DNA from: a virus
IMG/VR virus record: IMGVR_UViG_3300045988_174353
Span: 12,580 to 76,579 of that record
Reading direction: 5' to 3' (one strand)
Length of the DNA: 64,000 bases
The notes under the pieces were generated by a model that saw only the letters and a list, made by a program, of their open reading frames with translations, did not search any database and was not told the origin of the DNA. Positions 1 to 8,487 of the stretch are shown one piece after another; within the stretch, counting starts at the first letter, position 1, and each line of letters begins with the position of its first letter. A program made the position numbers and the translations under genes.

Positions 1-2
1 AC

Positions 3-179
3 GAAAACGGCAACGACCCCGATAATTGGAAGGATAATTGGAAGTATGTCGACAGCGTCGAAGGTCAATTCAACGTCTACGATTGCGACACTAAGGACGC
101 AGAAGTTTTAACAACTCTCAGCGGTCGTTATGGCATTTACTGTAAACATGGCAATATGCTTTTGGTAAAATGGAATTAA
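3..179 (+). CDS. hypothetical protein, 5' partial (enters from window edge)
   Basis: Frame 3 is open from the window edge (..DCDTKDAEVLTTLSGRYGIYCKHGNMLLVKWN*). Stop TAA at 177-179 is followed directly by the AAGGAGG RBS of the next gene. Confidence 0.5.
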   Translation, partial: ENGNDPDNWKDNWKYVDSVEGQFNVYDCDTKDAEVLTTLSGRYGIYCKHGNMLLVKWN

Positions 180-191
180 GGAGGTATTAAT

Positions 192-641
192 ATGATAGCA
201 ATCAATAAAGAAGCGAGAGAGTATCTCGTAAAACTCTATCAGGAAACGAAAGAAAAGGCAGACAAGACGACTACCGAAAAAGACAAAGATTATTTCCGAG
301 GCGTATTAAATACGCTTTCGGCAACCGCTATGGAGTTCGGGTTTAACATCGTCAGCGGCAATGTTTACGACGACGAAGCGAAAGATGTTGACGATAGGCT
401 CGACCTTCTCGAAGCGATTATCGATAACCGTTGCGAAAACGAAGGCGCAGACGATACGGCGGACTTTTTGAGAGAGTTCGGAATATCCGACGAACAACTC
501 AGAAGGTGGGAGTTTGACGTTCCCGACGACGAGGACGACGAAGAAGACGACGAAGACAGTTACGACCCATACGAAGAAGATATGAAAGAGTATAGGTCAA
601 TGTGTAACGACGAAGCCCATTATATAAATCGCAGGAGGTAA
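192..641 (+). CDS. hypothetical protein with extremely acidic C-terminal half
   Basis: 149-aa ORF with AAGGAGG just upstream of the ATG. C-terminus reads VPDDEDDEEDDEDSYDPYEEDMKEY. Confidence 0.7.
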   Translation: MIAINKEAREYLVKLYQETKEKADKTTTEKDKDYFRGVLNTLSATAMEFGFNIVSGNVYDDEAKDVDDRLDLLEAIIDNRCENEGADDTADFLREFGISDEQLRRWEFDVPDDEDDEEDDEDSYDPYEEDMKEYRSMCNDEAHYINRRR

Positions 642-645
642 AACG

Positions 646-870
646 ATGGTTTACACTTACAGAGAAAACGAAGCAGGCAAGCAAGCCTTTACAAACGATA
701 TACTTACTATATTGGCAAGACAAGCAGGATATGAAGGTTGTATCTATTCCGTCGACAAAAACGGCGACGAATGGCTCACATGCCCGTCAGAGAAGGGCGG
801 AGAGTTGAAGGTTTGCGTATCAGCGGACAGTTGCCTATCTATGGCAAGAGATTTATTATCAAAACTATAA
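646..870 (+). CDS. hypothetical protein
   Basis: 74-aa ORF, 4 nt after the previous stop, with RBS GCAGGAGG upstream. Overlapping track ORF 738..986 judged spurious. Confidence 0.6.
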   Translation: MVYTYRENEAGKQAFTNDILTILARQAGYEGCIYSVDKNGDEWLTCPSEKGGELKVCVSADSCLSMARDLLSKL

Positions 871-881
871 AAGAGAGCGGA

Positions 882-908
882 GCGGAAACGTTCCGCCCTT
901 TCTTTATA
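882..908 (+). terminator. putative rho-independent terminator
   Basis: GCGGAA-acg-TTCCGC hairpin (882-896) followed by CCTTTCTTTATAT, just after the stop at 870. Confidence 0.4.
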
Positions 909-1004
909 TGTACCGTGCTATATGTGATACCCGAACGGCGGCGGAAACGAATCCGAACAAATCAAAGTAAATTAAAAATATTTTAATAAATGCCAAGAAA
1001 ACGC

Positions 1005-1033
1005 TTGACATTATTGTTATAATAGTATATAAT
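1005..1033 (+). promoter_or_regulatory. sigma-70/sigma-A type promoter
   Basis: TTGACA (1005-1010), 17-nt spacer, TATAAT (1028-1033). Preceded by AAAACGC, as at other promoters in the window. Confidence 0.7.
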
Positions 1034-1067
1034 GGACTTACCAAATAAAAGAGAGGTATTTATAGCA

Positions 1068-1445
1068 ATGAGCGAATACATCAAGAAAGGCGACACCTGG
1101 GAAGGCATTCCCGACAGTAGCAACAATTTCAGAACGGACGTTTTCCATATCGTCGACCATATTCCCGCTAATTATCAAGTGTGGAATATCCCCATAGAAG
1201 CAGATTTTTTGCCTTTATGCATTGCAACAAAAGAGTATCATGTAGATTTTAACAGCCCGCTTTTATGCGTAGAAATGCCGCAAGAAAAGGCGAAAAAACT
1301 CAGTAGAGCGGCTTGTTGGGGAGGCAATACACAAGCCAAATTAAAGGCGTTTGCCGCGAAGAAAAGCAATCAAAAGCATTACCCCGAAATCGTTGCGGCA
1401 ATCAACGAAGCGTTGCCTATAATGGCAGAGTTGGGCTTGAAGTAA
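1068..1445 (+). CDS. hypothetical protein
   Basis: Track ORF starts at 1032, but that ATG lies inside the -10 box. ATG 1068 (MSEYIKKGD..) has a GAGAGG RBS about 10 nt upstream. Confidence 0.65.
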   Translation: MSEYIKKGDTWEGIPDSSNNFRTDVFHIVDHIPANYQVWNIPIEADFLPLCIATKEYHVDFNSPLLCVEMPQEKAKKLSRAACWGGNTQAKLKAFAAKKSNQKHYPEIVAAINEALPIMAELGLK

Positions 1446-1642
1446 TGAACGGCGGGCATCTCGTACAAAAATATAAAGTGACGTTCGACTGGCGGCGGGA
1501 CATTCAAAACGGTTTCCGCCGTTCCGTCTCGTTCTGGGACGAGAACCTTGCACGGCAGTATGCGGCGCAGTTCCTTACCGCCCGCGTCTATCGGGTGTGG
1601 TTTAACCAAAGCGGCGAGATGGTACGCTACGAAGAGTTATAA
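1445..1642 (+). CDS. hypothetical protein (65 aa)
   Basis: ATG overlaps the previous stop (TAATG). Protein starts MNGGHLVQKYKVTFDW... The track ORF 1313..1642 start lies inside the upstream gene. Confidence 0.55.
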   Translation: MNGGHLVQKYKVTFDWRRDIQNGFRRSVSFWDENLARQYAAQFLTARVYRVWFNQSGEMVRYEEL

Positions 1643-1681
1643 AGGAGGTAGGAGCGGCGCGGTCGCTCCAAATGAATAATT

Positions 1682-1966
1682 ATGCAAATTTTAAGGCAAG
1701 GCAAAACGCCCGAAAACTACGACGTTCAGGCGGAAGTCTGGGAGTATAAGGACGGTAGCAAAAATTACACCGTTGCAATGTACCCGATAGTAGAGGATAG
1801 CACGGCAAGAGTCTTTGATTACGTCCCGAACGAACGGACCGCTCTGGCTATACTGGATGAATTTATCGCAGGGACAAAGACTTTCGCAGAAGTAAAATCC
1901 GTACGAAAAGACGGCTGTCTCGGACATATCATAAGTGGCACGGTTAGGGGTAAAAGCAATGTGTAA
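1682..1966 (+). CDS. hypothetical protein
   Basis: 94-aa ORF co-directional with its neighbours. The RBS is weak, and a GGAGCG..CGCTCC hairpin lies upstream. Confidence 0.5.
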   Translation: MQILRQGKTPENYDVQAEVWEYKDGSKNYTVAMYPIVEDSTARVFDYVPNERTALAILDEFIAGTKTFAEVKSVRKDGCLGHIISGTVRGKSNV

Positions 1967-2198
1967 TCCGCTCTACGAGGTACTGCAGGACGGCGAACCT
2001 GTCTACGCAACGGCGAATCTGGAAACGGCAAAAGACGTGTATTTTAACCGCGTTAAGGAAACCGAATCAGCACGGGTAGAGTTGGTTGAAAACGTATCGA
2101 ATCGCCCTGATTTTAACCTCAAAAAATTAACGCATCCGTCCCGCTGTAAACGCTACGAAAGAATTATGTACTACGACCCGTTCGAAATAACGAAGTAG
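1959..2198 (+). CDS. hypothetical protein (79 aa)
   Basis: ATG 1959 (MCNPLYEVLQDGEPVY..) is preceded by AGGGG and overlaps the upstream stop by 8 nt. Confidence 0.55.
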   Translation: MCNPLYEVLQDGEPVYATANLETAKDVYFNRVKETESARVELVENVSNRPDFNLKKLTHPSRCKRYERIMYYDPFEITK

Positions 2199-2229
2199 GA
2201 GTAGCACGGTAAAAAATATATTAAATCGC

Positions 2230-2258
2230 TTGACTTCTTAATTTTAATATGTTATAAT
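2230..2258 (+). promoter_or_regulatory. sigma-70/sigma-A type promoter of the HNH island
   Basis: TTGACT (2230-2235), 17-nt spacer, TATAAT (2253-2258), preceded by AAATCGC. Confidence 0.65.
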
Positions 2259-2379
2259 TATATTGAAATTAAGATAGGTACCAGATATTTTAATTACCAT
2301 ATATTAGCCAATAAAGCATTTATTGAAAGGGTGCTGGTACCACCTTAGTAAATAGGTGCTTTTGTTGTTTTATACGACT

Positions 2380-3086
2380 ATGTCTGAAGTTGTAGATATT
2401 ACAGGTCAAAAATTTAATCGACTTCTTGTAATAAAGAGAGTTGAAAACAATGAACATGGAGAATCGAGATGGCTATGTCGGTGTACCTGCGGGAAAGAAA
2501 AAATAGTAGTAGGGAGGTACCTAAAAGCAATCACACGAAATCATGCGGATGTCTTCATAAGGAATTGGGGGCAAAACGCATATATAAGTTTTCTAAAAAA
2601 TATAATACATACGACCTGTCTGGCGAATATGGCATTGGATATACAACAAAAGGATATCCATTTTATTTCGATTTAGAAGATTATGATAAAATCAAAGATG
2701 TGTGCTGGCATTTGACAAAACTTAAGTATATAGGCGGTCATTTTCAAGGTAAACTTGTTTTATTACATGCGTTTATACTTGGTAAAAAGTCTAAAATGGT
2801 GATAGACCATATAAACCATAATACAGCAGATAATCGGAAAGAGAATTTACGAATATGCTCACATCGCCAAAATCGCATGAATCACAAGATTTATAAAAAT
2901 AACACAACAGGTTATAGTGGAGTTCGTTTTTGTAAAGCGTCAAACAAATGGACCGCCCACATAAGTGTAAATTATAAAACGATTAACCTTGGCACATTTG
3001 AGTCAATGGAGGATGCGGTCGATGTTAGAAAGAAAGCCGAAAAAGAATATTTTGGAGAATTTGCCTATAAGGGAGATTTTGAATAG
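2380..3086 (+). pseudogene. HNH homing endonuclease with AP2 DNA-binding domain, interrupted by a -1 frameshift at an A4 run (2523-2526)
   Basis: Frame 1 gives MSEVVDITGQKFNRLLVIKRVENNEHGESRWLCRCTCGKEKIVVGRYLK. Frame 0 continues SNHTKSCGCLHKE.., then the HNH motif VIDHINHNTADNRKENLRICSHRQN and the AP2-like TTGYSGVRF..KWTAHISVNYKTINLGTFES. One extra A would fuse the two frames. Confidence 0.75.
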
Positions 3087-3093
3087 CACGGGA

Positions 3094-3897
3094 TTAGGTA
3101 TTTAAGGCTCTTCTTACCTCTTTCATAATATCTTTTTTGAAAGACGAATAATCAAAATCCGAATAAATTGGTTTTCTTGTCTGATGATATCTTCGTACGA
3201 AAATATTAAGAGGGGTATTAAGCACGGTATCGGTGTCTATGGGCTGAAAAAAATGTTTGCAAAACGGGCGCGAGCAAAGCCAATAAGGCTTACCCATCGC
3301 CTCTTCGACGGTCATAATACTGCGTTGTTTAATGAATTGTAGCACGGCTTCATATTGCGTCGGCTTAACATATAATCTCCAATGACGAGTGATATATAAT
3401 TTGTTCTGCAAAGGTTTATGCATGTCAGAGCAATTATCATGTCCCGCACAGAAAAAAAATATATATCCATTTTCTACGGCTCGCAGAAAAGAGTCGTGTT
3501 TTATTCTTGAATTACTTGTCGCATATGCTCTTCTCATTGTAGAAAAAAGAGTGTCGTAATTTACTTTGCGATATAGCAATTCCTTCCATTTCCCGTCGGA
3601 TATATGCCAACGCATTTTCTTCCACACAGCATAAATCGAATCATATACTTTGCTCTTTTCAGATAGAGATAAAACCGAATAGCGGTTAATCAACTGGCGA
3701 AGTTTTTCTTCAAACTGTTTTGAATACAATCTTTCTTCAAGACTTTTATCTATCAAAACATAGGATTTAACAAGCAAAGACTTATAATCTAAAACTTTTG
3801 CGGATTGAGGTTTGCTTGCCTGTTTTTTGCCTTTTATTTCACTTAATTTATATTTTTTTGACGATAATTTTGCATAATTATTCATTTTTATCACCAT
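3094..3897 (-). CDS. hypothetical basic protein in AT-rich island
   Basis: 267-aa ORF convergent with the HNH gene. No motif recognised. Alternative start at ATG 3885. Confidence 0.6.
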   Translation of the reverse strand: MVIKMNNYAKLSSKKYKLSEIKGKKQASKPQSAKVLDYKSLLVKSYVLIDKSLEERLYSKQFEEKLRQLINRYSVLSLSEKSKVYDSIYAVWKKMRWHISDGKWKELLYRKVNYDTLFSTMRRAYATSNSRIKHDSFLRAVENGYIFFFCAGHDNCSDMHKPLQNKLYITRHWRLYVKPTQYEAVLQFIKQRSIMTVEEAMGKPYWLCSRPFCKHFFQPIDTDTVLNTPLNIFVRRYHQTRKPIYSDFDYSSFKKDIMKEVRRALNT

Positions 3898-3914
3898 AAT
3901 ATGTATAATTATTC

Positions 3915-3965
3915 ATAAATAAAGTGGCGGCGGTCATCTCTTTTCAAAGAAAACCGTACCGCCAC
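3915..3965 (-). terminator. putative terminator after portal gene
   Basis: GTGGCGG (3924-3930) pairs with CCGCCAC (3959-3965). On the minus strand the hairpin is followed by a TTTATTTAT tract. Confidence 0.45.
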
Positions 3966-3973
3966 TCTTTGTT

Positions 3974-5680
3974 TTAGCCTATTTCTGCTCCGATTTCTCC
4001 GTTCTGCTCGTTTTCGGCAGTCGGAGTCCCGAACATTCCTGGTAAATTCTCCCCGCCGCCCGCAATTCCGAGCATTCCTTCGTCGCGCGGCTTCGTATGA
4101 TGTTCGATTAACCACTGCTTTTCGCGTTCATACTCGTCGGGGGCTAACGTGTCGTCATACAACTTCGCCATATACATCTCTTCAGACATACACTGCGCGT
4201 CCAACGCCGCTCCGAGTTTCTCTAACTTGTTTTCGAACGAAGAATCCGCAAATTCCGAGAATTTTACCGATATGTCATAGTCGTGAACGGTTATTTTGCC
4301 TGTGTCCATCAACTCTTTCGCGCATAACAACTGCGAACAAAGTGTTTTCAGTATCAATGCTTCGCTGTCGATTATGCAATTTCGGGTGAATATCGTTACT
4401 TTTTCTTTTTCTCTCTGCGCTTCCGCGTTATCTTTCTTTGCTATATCGATTCCCAGCGTCGCAGGAGACATTATTCCGTTAATAATCTGTAACAATATCT
4501 GCGTTGCCTGGTCGCTGTACTGCGCAAAATCAAGTTTCGGTTGCGTTACCTGTACCGCTACGCCCGTCGACGCTCCGTCCGCATTCGGCTGTCCTTGTAT
4601 TACCGTATATTTTCTGTCATAAGCGTGCGGCGGTATCGGCATTCCTGTCTTTGCATCTCTTTCCAGATAATCTGAATTGAAATACTCTATCGGCGTCGAT
4701 TTTCTCACACTCTCCGAGGCTTGCGACAAACACTGGTCCAAATCATCGAATAAATCGATTTTGCCTGTGAATATCGAACGCCCGAACCCGCCTATCTTCG
4801 ACGTGTCGGAAAACAGTACGCAAGGTACCGCTAAAAGCATATTGCAGTTCGAAACTTCTAAATCTTTCAAGTCGGCGAACTTATCAATGCTTTTTAAGTC
4901 TATCTCTTTGGCGGCGGTCACATCCGAATCTCCCGCACCCAACAAAAACAAATTATATTCGATTGCGAGATAGCGTTCTCTTTCCCCGCTCCCCGTAACG
5001 TCCCCGTCAACAGGGCGGCTTTTTATGCTTCGGGTTTCTGCTAACATATAATTCTTTCCGTCAGCCGAAGTATAGTAATCTTTGAATACCACACTCACTA
5101 CCCGATTAGCCTTATATATAAAGTCGACGCAGTCCGCTCTGTAATACGTCGCATACGGATAATCCGAGATGTCTTTATCCCAGTTTATCTTGTAACAGCC
5201 CCAACCTTCGACTAACGTCAACGGCAACTGCTCCTGACGATACAAATCTTTCAACCGCCCTTCTTCGATTATCTTTCTCAAATTGCGGTCGACTACGTTA
5301 TTCCCGTCCCCAGTCACTTTCGACGAAATCGTCGGGAATCGGCATATCCCCACAAGAGTATCTACTATGTTCCGCGGCTGTCCGCTATGCGTTCTTTTAA
5401 TGTCGCCTTCAGTAGACGATATTGCCCAAAAATAACTTTTTTTGTTCCGCAGATAAAACGGCTCGTAGTTCGCGTCTATCATATTGTTGTGGGTATAGTA
5501 ATTTAACAGTTCGTCACCGTCCCCGCAGTACCATATATTATATTCGCGTATACGCGTACGCATGAGCGCGTCATTATCATTTATAAAAGTGAGTCTGTCG
5601 TCGTCGGGTTTACCCGTCGCGCTCTTCGCTATTCCGCTCTTTCCGAACAGTTTTGTTTTTAACCATTCTCTGATTGTCAT
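3974..5680 (-). CDS. portal protein (SPP1 gp6-like)
   Basis: 568 aa from ATG 5680 (MTIREWLK..), which overlaps the upstream stop as ATGA. Portal-like core GIMSPATLGIDIAKKDNAEAQREKEKVTIFTRN. Size is typical of portals. Confidence 0.8.
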   Translation of the reverse strand: MTIREWLKTKLFGKSGIAKSATGKPDDDRLTFINDNDALMRTRIREYNIWYCGDGDELLNYYTHNNMIDANYEPFYLRNKKSYFWAISSTEGDIKRTHSGQPRNIVDTLVGICRFPTISSKVTGDGNNVVDRNLRKIIEEGRLKDLYRQEQLPLTLVEGWGCYKINWDKDISDYPYATYYRADCVDFIYKANRVVSVVFKDYYTSADGKNYMLAETRSIKSRPVDGDVTGSGERERYLAIEYNLFLLGAGDSDVTAAKEIDLKSIDKFADLKDLEVSNCNMLLAVPCVLFSDTSKIGGFGRSIFTGKIDLFDDLDQCLSQASESVRKSTPIEYFNSDYLERDAKTGMPIPPHAYDRKYTVIQGQPNADGASTGVAVQVTQPKLDFAQYSDQATQILLQIINGIMSPATLGIDIAKKDNAEAQREKEKVTIFTRNCIIDSEALILKTLCSQLLCAKELMDTGKITVHDYDISVKFSEFADSSFENKLEKLGAALDAQCMSEEMYMAKLYDDTLAPDEYEREKQWLIEHHTKPRDEGMLGIAGGGENLPGMFGTPTAENEQNGEIGAEIG

Positions 5681-5961
5681 ATTTCTTTGAACCTCTCTTC
5701 CTCGGTCATTTCGCCTTTCTTTATGAGATAATCTTCCCAACGCCGTACTTCGGCAATTGCTTCGTCGTATTCTTTTAATACAGGATAATATTTCGGGCAG
5801 TTAGGAATCTGTTGCCGAATCTTGTCGCAGTAATCCACTATCTTAAAATTTATTGGAAAATCAATATAACTATTATATTGCGCTACTGCAAATAATGCAG
5901 GTGTAATATCACAGTTTTCAACCAACCATTTCACTTCGGGGCAGGTCTTAGCCAACGACAT
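5677..5961 (-). CDS. hypothetical protein
   Basis: 94-aa ORF translationally coupled (ATGA) to the portal gene. Confidence 0.65.
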   Translation of the reverse strand: MSLAKTCPEVKWLVENCDITPALFAVAQYNSYIDFPINFKIVDYCDKIRQQIPNCPKYYPVLKEYDEAIAEVRRWEDYLIKKGEMTEEERFKEI

Positions 5962-6065
5962 TAAACCGACGTAATTTTTTACCCTGACTCGCCCTTTCCA
6001 GAATATATCGGATTTTATTAAAAACGGAGTTGTTTTCAGTCCACTTGCGAGACTTGGCTGAAACC

Positions 6066-6221
6066 TTAAAGTATAAAAAAATCGGTGTACCTCACAGCCG
6101 AATTGGCGGCGGGAGAATCGCCATTTTTGATAGGTGTGTTATCAAGAACGACTACCGCGCGTGACCCCCGTTTCCTGTCTTTCTGAAAGCCGAGCAACTC
6201 CCTACCCAAACTATCAATCAT
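6066..6221 (-). CDS. small hypothetical protein (51 aa, below ORF-track cutoff)
   Basis: ATG 6221 is preceded by AAGGAG. Protein MIDSLGRELLGFQKDRKRGSRAVVVLDNTPIKNGDSPAANSAVRYTDFFIL*. Confidence 0.35.
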   Translation of the reverse strand: MIDSLGRELLGFQKDRKRGSRAVVVLDNTPIKNGDSPAANSAVRYTDFFIL

Positions 6222-6291
6222 ATTCGTAAAAACTCCTTATAAAATCTAAAAAAATGCGCCCCAAAGCGGAGCGGGAATGGACCGAAGCGAA

Positions 6292-6873
6292 TCAGTCCTT
6301 TTTATCATTATTGATACAGTTATTATCATTATTGATAGAAGAAAATTTACCGTTACCGAGGTCATTAACGATAGTAATATTCGGTTGAGGAGCGGCATTT
6401 TCTTCGAGTTTCATGAAGTGTTTAATAACGCAAGCGAGAGCGGTATTGTTACCGCGTTGAGCGAGGTTATTAATAGCGCGTCTTGCCCAAACGTCAGCGA
6501 CGTCGGAGAGGGTATCGTAAGCATCTGTGAACTTCATATTATAGGCTTTCATGCAGAAGACGTCGAGTTGAGAAGCGGAGCAATGAAGGAGGCGCGTAAA
6601 GTTCTTTTTAGGGGTCCAGACGGAGACGAGGTTTTCGAAGGTATCGAGGTCGAAATCGAAGCCGTCTATTTTGCGATTTTTGCGATTAGGGCGAAGCAAA
6701 TCGAGGTAAGATTCAGGTTCGACGTCGGAGCGATAGCCTTTATCGGAGACGACTGCGAAGGACTGAGAAGAGGGGTCAGGGACGGACTTTTCCTTATCGA
6801 TAGCGTCGTCGGGAGATATACCGATTTTCATATCTTCTTCGAGCGATTTTTTATCGAAATTATTGTGTGCCAT
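6292..6873 (-). CDS. putative terminase small subunit (gp3-type DNA-packaging protein-like)
   Basis: ATG 6873 after an AGAGGTGA RBS. The central segment FTRLLHCSASQLDVFCMKAYNMKFTDAYDTLSDVADVWARRAINNLAQRGNNTALACVIKHFMKLEE fits the HTH plus ..G-N-x-T/G-A...-K-N/H-F pattern of gp3-type TerS. Called from memory of the family only. Confidence 0.4.
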   Translation of the reverse strand: MAHNNFDKKSLEEDMKIGISPDDAIDKEKSVPDPSSQSFAVVSDKGYRSDVEPESYLDLLRPNRKNRKIDGFDFDLDTFENLVSVWTPKKNFTRLLHCSASQLDVFCMKAYNMKFTDAYDTLSDVADVWARRAINNLAQRGNNTALACVIKHFMKLEENAAPQPNITIVNDLGNGKFSSINNDNNCINNDKKD

Positions 6874-6914
6874 GCGATTCACCTCTGAAATGTAGTTTGT
6901 TTTATAAATACCCG

Positions 6915-7703
6915 TTAAACGGATTCTTTCCGCCCTTGAAGCGATAAAACCCTATCTTTGAAAAGTTCTTCGAGTTTTTCTCTTTCTCGTCTTTTAACCG
7001 CCTTTCTGCCCTTTGACGCGGTATATTCATTCCAGAACGGAGTGAACCAGTTAAAATCGTAATCTTTAGCGGCGAGTTGGACGTAATAGTCGGCGAAGTC
7101 GGGAAGTTGAAGTTTTTTACGTTGTTTAGGGTTCGGGACGTGAATAGTTACGGGTTGACCGTTTTCGTCGAAGGAAACCACAGGAACGAGCCGAACTTCT
7201 TTAGGAATACCGAGAGCCGCTTTAACGGTAGCGGGTTTAGGTTGTAGGGATATTCTGCGATGTCGTTTTTTGTTCTGGTGTCTTGCGGCATTGAGGACCG
7301 TTGAAGAAATAGAGAAGAAGCGTTTGATAACGGCGAGGCAGAAGTCGCGTTGTTCTATGAAGGGGGCGTTGTCGAGTTCGTCCTGATTGGAGAATTTCAG
7401 GAAGATTGGGTCGTCGTCCGAAATTTGGCGTTTAGGGCGTTCTTCGTCGTCGGGGTCTGAGTCTTCGGGATAGAGGAAGGTAGAGAACTCGTCAAAGAGG
7501 AACGATTGTTCGCCGTAGCGGTGAAGGGATTGGAAGTAGAGAACGAAGCAATCCCTTGGTTTGCTGTAAGAAACGGACGGAAAGAGATTAGGGTTAAGTT
7601 TGAGTTTTAATCCCGAACTGACTGTTGAGCGAACGCCGCAGTCTTTAAGATAAGAGCGGACGGTTTCGGGGCAATTCGGGGAAACGATTTCGGAAACTGG
7701 CAT
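6915..7703 (-). CDS. hypothetical protein (262 aa)
   Basis: The track ORF extends to 7853 but runs across a consensus promoter. ATG 7703 (MPVSEIVSPN..) lies about 35 nt downstream of the -10 box and has a GAGG RBS. Confidence 0.65.
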   Translation of the reverse strand: MPVSEIVSPNCPETVRSYLKDCGVRSTVSSGLKLKLNPNLFPSVSYSKPRDCFVLYFQSLHRYGEQSFLFDEFSTFLYPEDSDPDDEERPKRQISDDDPIFLKFSNQDELDNAPFIEQRDFCLAVIKRFFSISSTVLNAARHQNKKRHRRISLQPKPATVKAALGIPKEVRLVPVVSFDENGQPVTIHVPNPKQRKKLQLPDFADYYVQLAAKDYDFNWFTPFWNEYTASKGRKAVKRREREKLEELFKDRVLSLQGRKESV

Positions 7704-7739
7704 AGTGAAACGAACCTCGTAAGATTTAATTCTGGGCAA

Positions 7740-7768
7740 AGTATACCACAGAAAAAAAGTGTTGTCAA
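7740..7768 (-). promoter_or_regulatory. sigma-70/sigma-A type promoter
   Basis: Minus strand reads AAAACGC-TTGACA (7768-7763), 17-nt spacer, TATACT (7745-7740). Confidence 0.7.
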
Positions 7769-7833
7769 GCGTTTTGCAAAAATTTTCAAAGAAAGAAACC
7801 TGTATAGCGGCGCGGGTGAGTAACGGGCAAAAC

Positions 7834-7877
7834 GTCAAAATGTCAAGTGTCAAGCGATGTCAAATCCGTAACTTGAC
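7834..7877. repeat. cluster of five TTGAC/GTCAA half-sites
   Basis: GTCAA at 7834, 7842, 7849 and 7859 (start-to-start spacing 8, 7 and 10 nt), plus an inverted TTGAC at 7873. Confidence 0.6.
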
Positions 7878-8012
7878 GGCACTTTCGTGGCAAAGTAAAA
7901 CAATCACTTAACATTTTTATCATTTTGGGGTATAAATAGAAATTTTCGTTTCATTTCAAGCCGTTTTAACCCACTTTGTTCTATATTTTTTCCTGCCAAA
8001 TCGTCAGTTTTT

Positions 8013-8273
8013 GAAAAATTGTAGTGTAAGTGATAAAGATTTCAGGTCAAAAATTTAAGATAATATCTACGATTTTGAAAGATTTTATACACGTTGTTGA
8101 CTAAAAATTTAATTTTTTGCTATTAATACTATATTTTTTTATTTTTATTTTTCATGCGTTTAATAGTAAAAATAATAATTTTTAAGAGAAAAGAAAGAAA
8201 TAAGAAAGAAAATGTCCTGTAATTATCTGCGATTTTGAGCAAAAAATCATTTTCACTTACACTACAATTTTTC
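8013..8273. repeat. perfect 21-bp inverted repeat pair flanking an AT-rich core
   Basis: GAAAAATTGTAGTGTAAGTGA at 8013-8033 and its exact reverse complement at 8253-8273, checked base by base. Confidence 0.9.
8061..8238. repeat. imperfect direct repeat pair inside the inverted repeat
   Basis: TAATATCTACGATTTTGA (8061-8078) versus TAATTATCTGCGATTTTGA (8220-8238). Confidence 0.7.
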
Positions 8274-8308
8274 CTGTCAGAATGTGATGAGATTGTGAAA
8301 AGAGGTGG

Positions 8309-8339
8309 TCGTCAGTTTTTTGATTTATACAACTGACGA
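8309..8339. repeat. hairpin built from the CGTCAG motif
   Basis: TCGTCAGTT (8309-8317) pairs with AACTGACGA (8331-8339). CGTCAG also occurs at 8002-8007 and 8358-8363. Confidence 0.7.
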
Positions 8340-8487
8340 AGAAAAAGGGGGGGTATACGTCAGTGGCACTTTACATTATTGTCATATCCTAAAATTTCGT
8401 AGTAAAGTATTGTATTGACATTATTGTTAAATGAAGAAAATCGGGGAATTTGGGGCGGGTGAGACCCGAAGAAAAAACTACAGAAAA

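Noticed and set aside
6277-6888. 203-aa plus-strand ORF fully antisense to 6292..6882
   Set aside because: It is a shadow ORF of the minus-strand gene. It has no RBS, its composition is odd (I/V/F/R/G-rich), and every neighbouring gene is on the minus strand. The minus-strand frame has a proper RBS and a recognisable motif pattern.
7704-7853. N-terminal 50 codons of track ORF 6915..7853
   Set aside because: This extension runs straight through a TTGACA-17-TATACT promoter. The internal ATG at 7703 lies downstream of the predicted transcription start and has an RBS. The same logic was used to trim the ORFs starting at 1032, 17862, 27190 and 43546.
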